The translations under genes were made by a program, and so were the position numbers. A stretch of 54,529 nt of DNA from a virus. Taxonomy: Duplodnaviria > Caudoviricetes. Under the pieces are notes generated by a model. The model did no database searches and was not told where the DNA came from. It worked only from the letters and a program-made list of their open reading frames with translations. Each line of letters begins with the position of its first letter. The first letter of the stretch is position 1. The stretch lies in the IMG/VR virus record IMGVR_UViG_3300009488_000022, positions 1-54,529 of that record. One strand, 5' to 3'. Positions 19,598-29,995 of this stretch are shown here, one piece after another.

Positions 19598-20974
19598 ATG
19601 GCAGCAATCGTGGCACTCGTCAGGCGACGTGACTTCAGCACCGATATTTCATCATTGTCACTCCTCGGCTACGACAACGGCTTTCAGTTGCCGTACCGGG
19701 GCTGGATACAGGCCGTCGCCGGCGGCGATGCCGAAGTCGCCGAGGCGATGACGCTGTACGTCGAAGGGTCTAGCCACAATGATCTGGCGACAAAGCTGCA
19801 ATCACTGGACGACAAGATACAAGAAGTCGGCTGGTACGCGGATGGCGTAGAACGTTACGGTGTCTGGCTGCGGGCACAGATGGCGGACGAAGACCACGCG
19901 CGGCAGGCCCTCGTAACTGGCATGCGTTGCGAGCCCACGGTTTCATTCTATGGCCCGCTGGTTGCGCCGGGAAACTTTGTGCGCGGCTACAATCTGGCGC
20001 TGGAGCGGACGCCGTGGTGGGAATCGCTAGTCCATAATACCGCGACCATTCCGCTCAATTGTACCGGCGGACTGGGAGATTACTCAGATCCTATCACCGT
20101 AGCCGGCACGATTCCGGCACGTATAGCCAGGACGCGGTTTCTCGGCGTATCCGGCAGCGGCCCCCTGTACGAATTCTGGCTGGGCTTCCGCACGGATCGC
20201 TTTGGCGATCGGGCGAATCTGGAGACCGTGTGGGATCTAGGCGTTGACGGCTCAGGCACGAACGACACGACGACCGACGTGGCCGACGCTACGGCCTACG
20301 CTGGGTACAGAGCGCAATGCACATTCGGCACTGAGACAGAACTGAAGCGCATCCAGATTGCATTACAAAGCGCAACAACAGACTATGAAGACCAGCGCGG
20401 TTCATATACCATATTGCTACGCGCCAAGGTAGACGCCAGCACCACTTGCCAGGTTCGTCTCAAAGACGGCTTCCTCTACACGGCGGCGATACGAGCGCAG
20501 CAACGCGTTGAGGTGACATCGACTGATTGGTTTCTCCATGCGCTCGGCACGGTAGACATCCCGCCGTCCCACGGCATCCTACAAGCCGACTTCCTAAGAC
20601 AATACGGCTTTGAGATACATGCTTCCCGCACGGCAGGATCAGGCAGTGATGCCCTGCACATGGACTGCATCATTCTCATTCCGCGCACTGAGGGCGCACT
20701 CCACATCACGGGCGCGGCTGTGACATATTCGCTGGGCGACCTGCGACCAGCCACCATCACGACGACTGCTGATGGCAAGATCAGTGGTTGGTCATACCAA
20801 AGTAATCTTCCACGCGCTACGCTCACCGTTGAGCCGGACAGATATGCGCTTCCAGTGGGCGACGGGGCTGTGATAGTAGCCGGGCAGCGAGAGACGGAAC
20901 ACGATCTCGACGATGGCGTCAATCTATCACTATCTTTTCACAGGCGCTGGCGCACGCTACGAGGTAGCGAGTGA
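19598..20974 (+). CDS. Distal tail/minor tail protein with probable carbohydrate-binding insert
   Basis: Position after TMP; size and composition. Confidence 0.6.
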   Translation: MAAIVALVRRRDFSTDISSLSLLGYDNGFQLPYRGWIQAVAGGDAEVAEAMTLYVEGSSHNDLATKLQSLDDKIQEVGWYADGVERYGVWLRAQMADEDHARQALVTGMRCEPTVSFYGPLVAPGNFVRGYNLALERTPWWESLVHNTATIPLNCTGGLGDYSDPITVAGTIPARIARTRFLGVSGSGPLYEFWLGFRTDRFGDRANLETVWDLGVDGSGTNDTTTDVADATAYAGYRAQCTFGTETELKRIQIALQSATTDYEDQRGSYTILLRAKVDASTTCQVRLKDGFLYTAAIRAQQRVEVTSTDWFLHALGTVDIPPSHGILQADFLRQYGFEIHASRTAGSGSDALHMDCIILIPRTEGALHITGAAVTYSLGDLRPATITTTADGKISGWSYQSNLPRATLTVEPDRYALPVGDGAVIVAGQRETEHDLDDGVNLSLSFHRRWRTLRGSE

Positions 20975-22443
20975 TCAGCCTCAATCTCTTCGACAACGTC
21001 AAGAATAGCGATGCGCCAATTGCCAACCTCGGCGACGGCGTCAAAGGCCGCCTGCAGAACTGGAAGCACATCATCAAAGACATTGGCGGCTACTGGGTTG
21101 CCACCACCGACTGGCGCGACAACCGCGCAGAGATGACAGAGATGTGGCTGAACGGCGTGGCCCGGCGCATCGTGGAGCGGGCGGGCGGGCTCACGACCTG
21201 GGAAGGCTTCGCCGCCGATCTGGAGTTGACGCTGGACGGGCAGAAATATATCCGCACCCTGCCCGCCTGCGCTAATGCCGTACGCTCAATTTACTCGACT
21301 ATCGGTGATAACGTATTCACCGACGGCTCAGCGGAGAGCGCCGCCTGGGCCGCTGTCGGCACGCCATCAACTCGCGAGCGCGTCACGACCTGGGTGACGC
21401 GCGGAACCTATGGCATGCACGTCGTGACGGATGCTAATAACGAAGGCGTAGAGATCGAGAATGGCCTGACCATCACCGCTGCCGTGGCGTACCAGTGCCA
21501 CGTCACAGTGGAGGTCATAAGCGGAACCTGGACGCTGGCAGTACATAATACCGCCGACGATGCAATCATAGCCTCACGCGAGACGACAGGCACGGGCAGA
21601 GATGTCATCCTGGTGCGAGTCGGCGACAACAACGCCGCGACCGGCGTCTACGTCCGCCTCACCGCCGCCGCCTCTGGCGCTGAGATTTACGCCGACGCCG
21701 CCGTATTGCAGACCGCGCCACAGCGGGCAGAAACGGAATGGTTCACCGACGACGACGCGATAGCAGAATACGGCAGGATGGAAGGCATTCTATTGGAAGC
21801 GGCGATGACCGATGCATCAGCAGAAGCGGGTGTAAAGACTAAACTGGCGGAGCATGCCTGGCCGCGCGGGTTTCCGCCTGAGCAGTTCTCGATCATGGAG
21901 ACCGGCGGCAAAGACGGCTTGTCTATCTTATTCACCGGCTACTCCCACACGCTGAAATGGCGGCATGCGCTGACGACCGGCTCAGGCGCTATCAGCAGCG
22001 TGATAATTCCCGCCGTGCTGGCCGAAGCAGAGTTCGTATCTGCCGGCGTCATCGAGGCTAACGCCGTGGCGTACCAGGTAGAGGACGACAACCCGCTGAC
22101 ACACTGGGAGGTACTGGAAAGGGCAACGCGGGTGGGGGACGATACGGGTGCTCGCTATCAGTGCGGCGTCTACGGCGGGAGGCTGCTCGATTACGGCCCG
22201 CGCCCGACGGCGCTGAGTTACCACTATCGGGGCGGGCGGCTGCTGGACGTGCACGGCGGCGAGGTGAAGCCGTGGGCCGTGCGACCCGGCTTGGTGCACC
22301 TGGATGACATGCCGGTGGGGCCGGACCAGATCACAGGCGACATCAACGATGATCCGAGAACCGCCTGGATTTGTGAGGTGGAGTACAGCGCACCTGACGG
22401 CCTGCAATTCAAGCGCGAGCCGCTGCCTGGAGAAGAGCGATGA
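20971..22443 (+). CDS. Minor tail/hub protein with CBM-like insert
   Basis: Position; NVFTDGSAE..W CBM-like start; AIAEYGRMEG hub-like motif. Confidence 0.6.
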   Translation: MISLNLFDNVKNSDAPIANLGDGVKGRLQNWKHIIKDIGGYWVATTDWRDNRAEMTEMWLNGVARRIVERAGGLTTWEGFAADLELTLDGQKYIRTLPACANAVRSIYSTIGDNVFTDGSAESAAWAAVGTPSTRERVTTWVTRGTYGMHVVTDANNEGVEIENGLTITAAVAYQCHVTVEVISGTWTLAVHNTADDAIIASRETTGTGRDVILVRVGDNNAATGVYVRLTAAASGAEIYADAAVLQTAPQRAETEWFTDDDAIAEYGRMEGILLEAAMTDASAEAGVKTKLAEHAWPRGFPPEQFSIMETGGKDGLSILFTGYSHTLKWRHALTTGSGAISSVIIPAVLAEAEFVSAGVIEANAVAYQVEDDNPLTHWEVLERATRVGDDTGARYQCGVYGGRLLDYGPRPTALSYHYRGGRLLDVHGGEVKPWAVRPGLVHLDDMPVGPDQITGDINDDPRTAWICEVEYSAPDGLQFKREPLPGEER

Positions 22444-23852
22444 GACGGCTATCTGACGGCAGTGCAATCAGCGAAGCGCGACGGTTCAAGACGTTGACGC
22501 TGGGCCGCGCCGTCGGCAGCGGGGGCGCAGGCGTTGCGATGCCACAGCCGACAGTACAGAACCAGATGATCATCGCCAACGCCGCAATCGCCTGGACGCT
22601 GCTGGCCGCGCCGTCGGCAGAGGGGCAAGTCCCCATCACGGGGGCCGATCCTTATACGCCTGTCTGGACGGCACGCTTTGACGCCACTGTGCCGAACACG
22701 ATTGAGCCAGATGATGCGGCTGCGGCGGGATCCGCTACAGTGGCCGCCAAGCGCGATCATGAGCATGCCATAGTCTGCGCTGCCTCCGCCTCTCCGAGCG
22801 TAAGCCTATCGGCTAGCGCGGAAGGCTCAGGCACTTCATTTGCACGGGCCGACCACGCGCACCAACTCGACCAGACTATAACGCCGACGTGGACGGCGTT
22901 ACATCTATTCAATGCCGGCATCAGACTAAGTGGCGCGTCGGGTGCAAATGTCATTGCCATACCAAATAATGTGGCACAGGCAATGCACGTCGCTGACATG
23001 GGTGGCAAAGAATACCTGCGCATCGTGAGCCTGGATGCACAGTCTGCCGTCGTATTCAACGAGAGCGGCGCAGACGTGGATCACCGCTGGGAGGCCAGCG
23101 GGCAGGCGAACGCGCTGTTCATACAAGGTAGCACCGGGAACATAGGCGCTAAAACAAACGATCCGTTGGCTAATCATCACGTCGTCGGTAGTACTGTCGC
23201 CAATAAGCATATCGCTGGTTATTATAGCTCAGCTGTGCAAATCTTGGAAAAAGCAGCAGGGTGTGGACTACAGATCATAGCAGATGATGGTTCAACTGGT
23301 GCATCCTACATCATGCTGAGTAATGCACCGTCTAGCGGCGATAACAAGCATTGGATCATGCACCATCTCGGCACTGGCGGGAGTGACCGATTATTCATCG
23401 GCTACGTGACGAGCAACGTGACGGATTTCTCGCCTTACAGTGGCGTTAGTGAATACTTCACTATCTCCACGGCCGGCGCAGTACATATCATAGAAAACAG
23501 CGCCACGGTACGCCTCACCGGCACAAAGCAATTCGTCTGGTCCATCCCTAATCCCAGCGTAGGGACATACGGCCAAGTTCGCATTCCGTGGGCCTGTACC
23601 GTCAGGCGAGTTGACGGCAACATCGTCGGCGGCACATCGTGCACGGTCAATGTCGAAGAGAGGGCTACCCCAGGTGGTGCGGGTACTGATATTCTGTCAT
23701 CTGACATGGTGGCGGATGCAAACGGCGAAAGCGTCACTGCCGGGTTTAACAATTCGACATTGGCGGCGGGCGCTTATCTCACGGTTGATGTTTCTGCCGT
23801 CTCTGGCGCAGTGGCAGAGGTGAATATTGCGGTAACCGTGACGCTGACATAA
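22440..23852 (+). CDS. Tail fibre/receptor-binding protein
   Basis: AAKRDHEH and FARADHAH metal-binding fibre repeats; C-terminal beta-sandwich. Confidence 0.75.
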   Translation: MRRLSDGSAISEARRFKTLTLGRAVGSGGAGVAMPQPTVQNQMIIANAAIAWTLLAAPSAEGQVPITGADPYTPVWTARFDATVPNTIEPDDAAAAGSATVAAKRDHEHAIVCAASASPSVSLSASAEGSGTSFARADHAHQLDQTITPTWTALHLFNAGIRLSGASGANVIAIPNNVAQAMHVADMGGKEYLRIVSLDAQSAVVFNESGADVDHRWEASGQANALFIQGSTGNIGAKTNDPLANHHVVGSTVANKHIAGYYSSAVQILEKAAGCGLQIIADDGSTGASYIMLSNAPSSGDNKHWIMHHLGTGGSDRLFIGYVTSNVTDFSPYSGVSEYFTISTAGAVHIIENSATVRLTGTKQFVWSIPNPSVGTYGQVRIPWACTVRRVDGNIVGGTSCTVNVEERATPGGAGTDILSSDMVADANGESVTAGFNNSTLAAGAYLTVDVSAVSGAVAEVNIAVTVTLT

Positions 23853-23862
23853 GGAGGTACGA

Positions 23863-24078
23863 ATGAGCACGATTGCAACGGCGATTGCAACAGAGGAGCA
23901 ACAGCGGGGGCAGGCGTTCATGCAGGCGCGGTCGCAGTTAGAGCGGGAATACAACTGCACCACGACTATCGTGCCGACATGGATGCCAGGCGTGAGCGGA
24001 ACCTTTGTGCTGGCGTTTGACGAGCAAGTGATGGTCGGGCCTATGCCACCAGAACCAGAAAAGGGCGGCAAGAAATAA
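23863..24078 (+). CDS. Hypothetical protein (possible fibre chaperone)
   Basis: AAGGAGG RBS; directly after the fibre gene. Confidence 0.55.
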   Translation: MSTIATAIATEEQQRGQAFMQARSQLEREYNCTTTIVPTWMPGVSGTFVLAFDEQVMVGPMPPEPEKGGKK

Positions 24079-24912
24079 ATGGCCCGAATCGGAATCGTGT
24101 TCGATAGCGGCGACTTTGAATACGGCAACCTGACTGGCTTTTATACCACGAATAATCACAATACGCCGGAAGTCATCTCGCGTGTCAGTTATCCCGTGCG
24201 CCGTGGGGTATATTCGATGCGCGCCTACCTCCACCGCACTGAGTCCGAACACTCATTCCGCACGATGGTAACCGTCCAGGACGACCCGGAAGGCGAGCCG
24301 GAAACGCAAGATGAATTCAACTTCACCATCGGCGACGAATATTGGATCGGCTTCTCCATATACGTCCAGGCCGACCTGGTATCCGATCCGGTTGGCCTCT
24401 CCGACGTCGTCTTCCAGGTGCACGGCAGCCCAGATGACGGCGAAGACTCACGCAACCCAATGATTGCCTTAGTCGTTGACACCCAAGACGAGGGGGGACT
24501 GGTTAACTACTGGCGCATCTGGCGGCTGTGGGACACCCGCGAAATGACGACAGGGGGAGTCGAGCACACCGAATGGTACGAAATGATGTTGCCAATGGGA
24601 GACGACGTCGGGCGCTGGACAGATTGGGTCTTTCACATCATCTTCGATTATGCCAACAACGGCGACGGCCTGCTCGAAGTCTGGCGCAACGGCACGCAGG
24701 TGCTTGACGTGTCGGGCGGGAACTGTTATAATGATGTCATCGGGCCCTACCCCACTTTTGGCGTCTACAAATGGCCGTGGGCGGGCGAAGATGAAACTAA
24801 CTCTGAGTGGCGGTTGTTCTACTTCGACGAATTCCGCATCGGCGACGATACTGCATCCTACGACGACGTAAGGCCCGGCGCGCTGCCGGGCGTCATTACG
24901 ATGACAGTTTGA
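24079..24912 (+). CDS. Polysaccharide lyase-like (jelly-roll) protein
   Basis: EYWIGFSIY, VVFQVH, GRWTDWVFHI, GLLEVWRNG, FGVYK, YFDEFRIG pattern. Confidence 0.75.
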   Translation: MARIGIVFDSGDFEYGNLTGFYTTNNHNTPEVISRVSYPVRRGVYSMRAYLHRTESEHSFRTMVTVQDDPEGEPETQDEFNFTIGDEYWIGFSIYVQADLVSDPVGLSDVVFQVHGSPDDGEDSRNPMIALVVDTQDEGGLVNYWRIWRLWDTREMTTGGVEHTEWYEMMLPMGDDVGRWTDWVFHIIFDYANNGDGLLEVWRNGTQVLDVSGGNCYNDVIGPYPTFGVYKWPWAGEDETNSEWRLFYFDEFRIGDDTASYDDVRPGALPGVITMTV

Positions 24913-24920
24913 GGGAAATA

Positions 24921-25739
24921 GTGAAAAAAGCATTCTTGCTGATTGCAATCCTAATTCTGCTGGCCGGGTGCGTCTCCCGCCAAGCACAAGCGCCTGAGCC
25001 GCTGCTGGACAACGGCAACTTTGAGGCGGACTGGGGAATAGACAAAAGCCACCGCTGCCTCATATTTCCCGCTGACGGTGAGCCATATGAGACAGATATA
25101 GGAAACATTTTTTCGCCTTCTGGCGGTTGGGTAACATGGTTCCGACATGATCCGGGAATATTTGACCAGCCAGAGGTGCGCGACGCTTGGAGATACGTAG
25201 ACCCGCGCCGGGTGCGTACAGGCGAAAAGGCTACCCTGCTATTTACGTTTAACCGCCGGCATGACGCGGGGTTCTTGCAACAGGTGCAAGTCAAGCCGGG
25301 GCAGCGGTTGCGCCTGACGGCCTATGCGCACGCCTGGAGCAACCATAGCCTGTCAGGATATGAGTGGTGCGCCGACGACGGGCGCTGCTCGTGTGGCGTG
25401 GGGCGGGAAACCATAGCGATACCGGCAGATAGAATACCGCCGCTGAACGGCGATGTGTGGAACGATGCCGTTGGCAACTTCCTTTTCAGCGTGGGGATAG
25501 ACCCGACGGGCGGCCTCGACCCGTATGCCGATACCGTCGTGTGGGGTGACGCCTGGGCGATATACAACGGCTACGCGTACCAACTCAGTGTCGAGGCTAC
25601 AGCGCAGGCAGAGACAGTGACGGTGTTCCTGCGCAGTAGGACGCGGTGGGCATTTAAGCACAACGACGCGGTATGGGATGATGTGGTACTTTTGAACGTA
25701 ACGTACCGGGTATTCCTACCAGTGGTAAGGTTAGAGTAA
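24921..25739 (+). CDS. Secreted lipoprotein-like protein with CBM-like fold
   Basis: GTG start with RBS; MKKAFLLIAILILLAGC lipobox; LLDNGNFE; C-terminal YRVFLPVV. Confidence 0.65.
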   Translation: MKKAFLLIAILILLAGCVSRQAQAPEPLLDNGNFEADWGIDKSHRCLIFPADGEPYETDIGNIFSPSGGWVTWFRHDPGIFDQPEVRDAWRYVDPRRVRTGEKATLLFTFNRRHDAGFLQQVQVKPGQRLRLTAYAHAWSNHSLSGYEWCADDGRCSCGVGRETIAIPADRIPPLNGDVWNDAVGNFLFSVGIDPTGGLDPYADTVVWGDAWAIYNGYAYQLSVEATAQAETVTVFLRSRTRWAFKHNDAVWDDVVLLNVTYRVFLPVVRLE

Positions 25740-25778
25740 AGTAAGAATAAGGCGGGTATAGGGTTAGAGGGGGTTAGA

Positions 25779-26501
25779 ATGAACACGATAGAGGAACTGA
25801 TCCGAGACCTCAATGGCGGCCTAGTATATCTCAAAACTGAGCATGCCGAACTAGCAGCGAACGTTCTACGTGTTGACGGTACGCCGGGGCTAGATGTATA
25901 CATGATCACTGAGGCAGGTGCGGACTTCATCTTGCAGACACTGGAGGGCCGGGCATACTTTAGGACGCTGGACAAGCCTTTGTCCTGGCACTTTCCTGTT
26001 GGCTCGGATGAGTACCCAATTGAGAAATGGTATGTCGCCAGCGTCCACGACCTGACAGGTGTCAAGAATAACGGTTACAAACACAGCGGTATTGATTACA
26101 ACGTCGAGGTGCCACCGCGCGGGGATGTAGACAGGGGTCAACCGGTATGGGCCATAGCCGCCGGCGAGGTGTACGGAACCTGGCATACTACGCGCAACCT
26201 TGCCAGCGTGGTCATCAAAGTGTACCACGATGATGTGCCGCTGTACGCTCGATACTGGCACTTGGCACGCGATGAGACTTTCCTGAACCTACGGCCTGGC
26301 CTGGCGGTAGAGGCCGGGCAATGCTTGGGACATCTCGGCTCTTATGCGCCGGGTGGCGACCATCTCCACTTCGACATGGCGCTAGACGCCTTTCACCCTG
26401 GCTGCTGGCTGGTCTCTGGCGTGCGCTGGATCGATCCGGTGTCGATACTGAAAGCGCACCTCGACCCTGACATGGTAGACGCATCGTTGAGGATAGGATA
26501 A
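25779..26501 (+). CDS. Endolysin, M23 metallopeptidase
   Basis: HSGID, YWHL and HLHF zinc-binding motifs. Confidence 0.85.
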   Translation: MNTIEELIRDLNGGLVYLKTEHAELAANVLRVDGTPGLDVYMITEAGADFILQTLEGRAYFRTLDKPLSWHFPVGSDEYPIEKWYVASVHDLTGVKNNGYKHSGIDYNVEVPPRGDVDRGQPVWAIAAGEVYGTWHTTRNLASVVIKVYHDDVPLYARYWHLARDETFLNLRPGLAVEAGQCLGHLGSYAPGGDHLHFDMALDAFHPGCWLVSGVRWIDPVSILKAHLDPDMVDASLRIG

Positions 26502-26812
26502 TGACATCGACACCACGCATCACCAACGCAGTATTGCAGGAACGGCAAGTCCAACAGCACACGCAGGTCATGCTATCACTGGCACGGGTAGAAGATAAAC
26601 TTACAACGTTCTGTCAGCGCCAGCAAGACGCAGAGGTCTCTAGCGTCGAAGACCGGGCGCGCATCACTGCCGTTGAAACACAACAAGAGACGATGAAGAC
26701 CGATCTTGCAGGCGTCAGGGCGCGAACGCTAAAGCTCATCGTCGCTGTAGCCTTGTTGAGCGGCGCGTCTTCAGTTGCCGTTGACAGATTCGTGGGAGTG
26801 TTATTTCCGTGA
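26501..26812 (+). CDS. Coiled-coil membrane protein (holin/lysis accessory)
   Basis: Coiled coil plus C-terminal TM segment; after endolysin. Confidence 0.55.
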   Translation: MTSTPRITNAVLQERQVQQHTQVMLSLARVEDKLTTFCQRQQDAEVSSVEDRARITAVETQQETMKTDLAGVRARTLKLIVAVALLSGASSVAVDRFVGVLFP

Positions 26813-26824
26813 CCTTCCTGCGTC

Positions 26825-27634
26825 TTACGTCCAGCAGTAGCCACTCTCACAGACAAACATCGGCGCTTGAAAGCCGTATGTTACCCGCTCATGCTTAGCC
26901 GCAAGTTCCAAGTCGGCAGACACTAGCGGGCCATCCTTCCAGACATACAATTCATCGGCGGTTGAGCCTCCACGCTCAGCCAGTGGGTTATGGCGGTTCT
27001 CCTCATCAAATGCAACTGCCGCCGCAAACTCCTCTGGCGCTTGCTTGCGCATCTCCAGCCATTCGCTCGCCCGCCGATACGGGCAGCCGATGCAAGCTGA
27101 TTTGACCGGCACAGGCAATCCACGCTCTTTTAACCACTCAATACAATCCTGCCGATCAATCCGCAACCCCACCAGCGGGTAGCGATGAGTGATGAATTTG
27201 ACATGGCTATGTTTCATCCGTGTATACTCATCCAGGCTAATGCCCAACCAGGTCTCAATAATACCGGGTGGGGGATGTGGCGGAAGCGTGGCATGATAGC
27301 CCGCCAATTCTCGCGAACGTCGTTTTATTGGCGTGATCTTAAAATGACGTGTGCATTGCCGTTGCAGCGGCCCGCCGTCACTAGTCCAGAATGGAATGTG
27401 TACGTGTTCTACCGCCCCTTCCCGCCGAACATCGCCACCCGCAATAACCTCAACGCGCATGCCCATCTTGCGCCAGCGGGCCATATACCAATCCCGAATG
27501 TCATACGTGGCTTGCCGCTCCCACCCGGTATCCGATGTGAGAATGGCGTCCAGGCGCGGCAAGTCCCCCCTGGCGCTCATCTCACCCAGGGTAGTAGATT
27601 GAACCCCACAGCCCCACGAAAGTATTCGTATCAT
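26825..27634 (-). CDS. PAPS-reductase/adenine nucleotide alpha-hydrolase family protein
   Basis: ILSWGCGVQST PP-loop, DTGWE, RQCT..FKI.PI, KSACIGCPY, C-terminal CESGYC. Confidence 0.85.
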   Translation of the reverse strand: MIRILSWGCGVQSTTLGEMSARGDLPRLDAILTSDTGWERQATYDIRDWYMARWRKMGMRVEVIAGGDVRREGAVEHVHIPFWTSDGGPLQRQCTRHFKITPIKRRSRELAGYHATLPPHPPPGIIETWLGISLDEYTRMKHSHVKFITHRYPLVGLRIDRQDCIEWLKERGLPVPVKSACIGCPYRRASEWLEMRKQAPEEFAAAVAFDEENRHNPLAERGGSTADELYVWKDGPLVSADLELAAKHERVTYGFQAPMFVCESGYCWT

Positions 27635-27749
27635 AAAAAACACGTCCCCTGTATTGGCTTCTAAGAATCATAATGGGCGGGGAGCACCTGCTACCTGGGG
27701 CTCTTCTGGGACATCTTGGTTCTCTGCGCTTTCGGTAGTAGGCTTAGTG

Positions 27750-27956
27750 TTATTCATTTTCTGCCCGTATCTCAATCTCCAACAGCGCGCGGTCAATCCA
27801 GATTAGGTGCTGGCGCACCAGGTGCTGAATGTGTCGCGCCCCAGTCATGCTATGCTCGCGATAGCAGCGGTTCTCTACGTCCATGCGCATGTTATCAAAG
27901 CAATCTTCTACCTGCTCCCAAATCTCATCGTTGGTCATTTCATCTAGTTCAGTCAT
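27750..27956 (-). CDS. Hypothetical protein
   Basis: Overlapping chain on - strand. Confidence 0.5.
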   Translation of the reverse strand: MTELDEMTNDEIWEQVEDCFDNMRMDVENRCYREHSMTGARHIQHLVRQHLIWIDRALLEIEIRAENE

Positions 27957-28407
27957 CGGCGCATACCCTCCAATTCTCTCTCACAGTTCTACCGGCCCAG
28001 TGGCCTGAACCACCGCGCTCATAATAACCCGTAGTAATCTCATCGCCAAATTGTAGGATCGCTCCCACGATTCCCGTCACGGGATCCACGCAGGTATACA
28101 GGTTCTCGATATTACTGCCGCCGCAAAACTTCGCGACTGCCGCGCACTGGCCTTGCAAGAGCAGTGTGTATATTTGCTCCGCTTCGCCGTTATGCTTCGC
28201 AGCATGCGCTCTAATCACCAGGTCGTCTGGTACGTATATCTGGTCAGGCGACAGCCAGTCTATCGTCGCCTTCTGTGCCACCGGTTGAGCCCGCCAGATT
28301 GTAGCGGCCACGTTCACCTGCGCCAGCAGCGTCAGCGCCGCCAGGCCGAGGGCCAGCAGCATCACCAGACCCATACCTATGAAACTTTTAGTTGCTATCA
28401 TCTCCAT
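27949..28407 (-). CDS. Membrane-anchored hypothetical protein
   Basis: N-terminal hydrophobic segment; AGGAG RBS. Confidence 0.55.
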   Translation of the reverse strand: MEMIATKSFIGMGLVMLLALGLAALTLLAQVNVAATIWRAQPVAQKATIDWLSPDQIYVPDDLVIRAHAAKHNGEAEQIYTLLLQGQCAAVAKFCGGSNIENLYTCVDPVTGIVGAILQFGDEITTGYYERGGSGHWAGRTVRENWRVCADD

Positions 28408-28696
28408 CTCCTATCTTGTCCAACCATTTGAATAATTGTCCATCCATGCACGCTAATTTAATCAAACTAGCATGCTCTTGCCACGTATCTCCCGCAGAGT
28501 GGCCCAACTTCCCCTGTGCCTGTGCTGCGGCAGATAGTACCTTAGCCAATTGCCGGACATTGAATGCCTGGGTATGCCAGTTTGGAAAATCCACGGCCAG
28601 GTAGAAGTTATGTTGGCGCAGTGCGAAGACAGGCGGCCCGCCGGTTTGTTCGGATGTCAAAAAAGCCATGTCATACTCCTCGCTTGTAGTCCGCAC
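28388..28696 (-). CDS. Hypothetical protein
   Basis: ORF track; start probably at MAFL with GAGGAG RBS. Confidence 0.5.
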   Translation of the reverse strand: MRTTSEEYDMAFLTSEQTGGPPVFALRQHNFYLAVDFPNWHTQAFNVRQLAKVLSAAAQAQGKLGHSAGDTWQEHASLIKLACMDGQLFKWLDKIGDGDDSN

Positions 28697-28809
28697 TATC
28701 GCGGATATGGGACGGCCGCTCTTTTTGCCGCTTGCAAAATATCCAAGACACGGCCAGCGTCACCAGCAGCCCCAGAGAAGCCAGCCCCGCCAGTGTCAAG
28801 GCGGCGAGG

Positions 28810-29136
28810 TCAAACGGTGTCAATGTGCTCATTTTGCATCCTCCCGTACCACCTCAATACGTCCTCCGTCGCCTGCGCCACTATCGCTGGCGCGTCGGGC
28901 CACATCTCAAAGAACAGTTTCTGATTATTGGTGAGCCGTCCGTCTGGCGTCTTGATCTCCACAGCCAGCCAGCGCCACTCGCCGCCGCCGATGTGGCCGC
29001 AGACGAAGATGTCCAAAGCGTCACCGCCAACGTCGGCCAGGTCGAGAACATAGAACCCTAGACCGCGCAGGTCATCCACGATCTCCGGCTGATTGGCGTC
29101 GCGCTTCGTGTAGCGCGGACGCTGGCTGTCAGTCAT
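28810..29136 (-). CDS. VRR-NUC-like PD-(D/E)xK nuclease
   Basis: KRDANQPEIV..LR..G, LDIFV, VEIKTPDGRLT.NQ motifs. Confidence 0.8.
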   Translation of the reverse strand: MTDSQRPRYTKRDANQPEIVDDLRGLGFYVLDLADVGGDALDIFVCGHIGGGEWRWLAVEIKTPDGRLTNNQKLFFEMWPDAPAIVAQATEDVLRWYGRMQNEHIDTV

Positions 29137-29977
29137 CGGCAAACCCCCCACGGCAGCCGCAGCACGTCGCACAGCAGTACCGATTTGATGCACTTGCGGA
29201 ACATTGCGGCTTCTCCGTGCCTTCTTTAATCCAACGTCGTGTATTATGTCTATCGGCACATGAACGGCATAGAGTTTTGGTGCCATCATCGCCACGTGGC
29301 TTCCGACAATTCCTACATAGTCCAGCGTCAAGTATTTGTTTACGCCTGTTCCTGCTGTATTCATTAAAGTGATCGGCGCATTTTCGGCATTTGCGCTTAG
29401 TACCATTCTCGCCGCGCGGCTTGCCGCAAACCTCGCATAAGCCACAATTAACTCTATCTTGCTTCCAAGAAATGGACAGGTCTCTTTTACCATACCTCAT
29501 GTCAATGCCTTCTGCCTTAAAGTAGTTCATCAAGGCAGTACGTCCCACTCCAGTCAATCGAGATATTTCGCGCCATGTCCTGCCGCTGCCCCGAAGCGCC
29601 TTGGCTTTTTCCAAGATTTCCTTTCTTTCTCGATTCAACTGCCTGAGGGTATCCATTACAAATTTGGCCTTCTCTTGCTTTTGAAATAGTCCATCATAGA
29701 CGCCCTCAAGGAAGCGTATAACATCATTACGTCTATTGAGAGCAAGTATCCAAATATCCCCGCTTACCTTGGCTTTTTGTGATGCTGGTCTGAAGTACAA
29801 TATAGGGTTTTCATATCCATCTTTCAGAAGAAATTCACGAATTGCCACAAGCGGGTCTTTGCATTTCTGCCCTATTATGATACTACCATGGGTTCCTTGC
29901 TTAGTTCCTTTCTTTCCCCATTGCCAATAGATATGACCCTCACCCTCCATAAAACCTGCTATCCAGTCCCAGTTCAT
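29129..29977 (-). CDS. LAGLIDADG homing endonuclease with HTH and CxxC repeats
   Basis: WIAGFMEGEG; TWREISRLTGVGRT; repeated GLCxxCxKPR. Confidence 0.82.
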   Translation of the reverse strand: MNWDWIAGFMEGEGHIYWQWGKKGTKQGTHGSIIIGQKCKDPLVAIREFLLKDGYENPILYFRPASQKAKVSGDIWILALNRRNDVIRFLEGVYDGLFQKQEKAKFVMDTLRQLNRERKEILEKAKALRGSGRTWREISRLTGVGRTALMNYFKAEGIDMRYGKRDLSISWKQDRVNCGLCEVCGKPRGENGTKRKCRKCADHFNEYSRNRRKQILDAGLCRNCRKPRGDDGTKTLCRSCADRHNTRRWIKEGTEKPQCSASASNRYCCATCCGCRGGFADD

Positions 29978-29995
29978 GGTTCACCTCCTGAGAGC

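Noticed and set aside
28810-29493. 227-aa version of the VRR-NUC ORF
   Set aside because: The N-terminal extension overlaps the LAGLIDADG gene; the family-like sequence starts at 29136.
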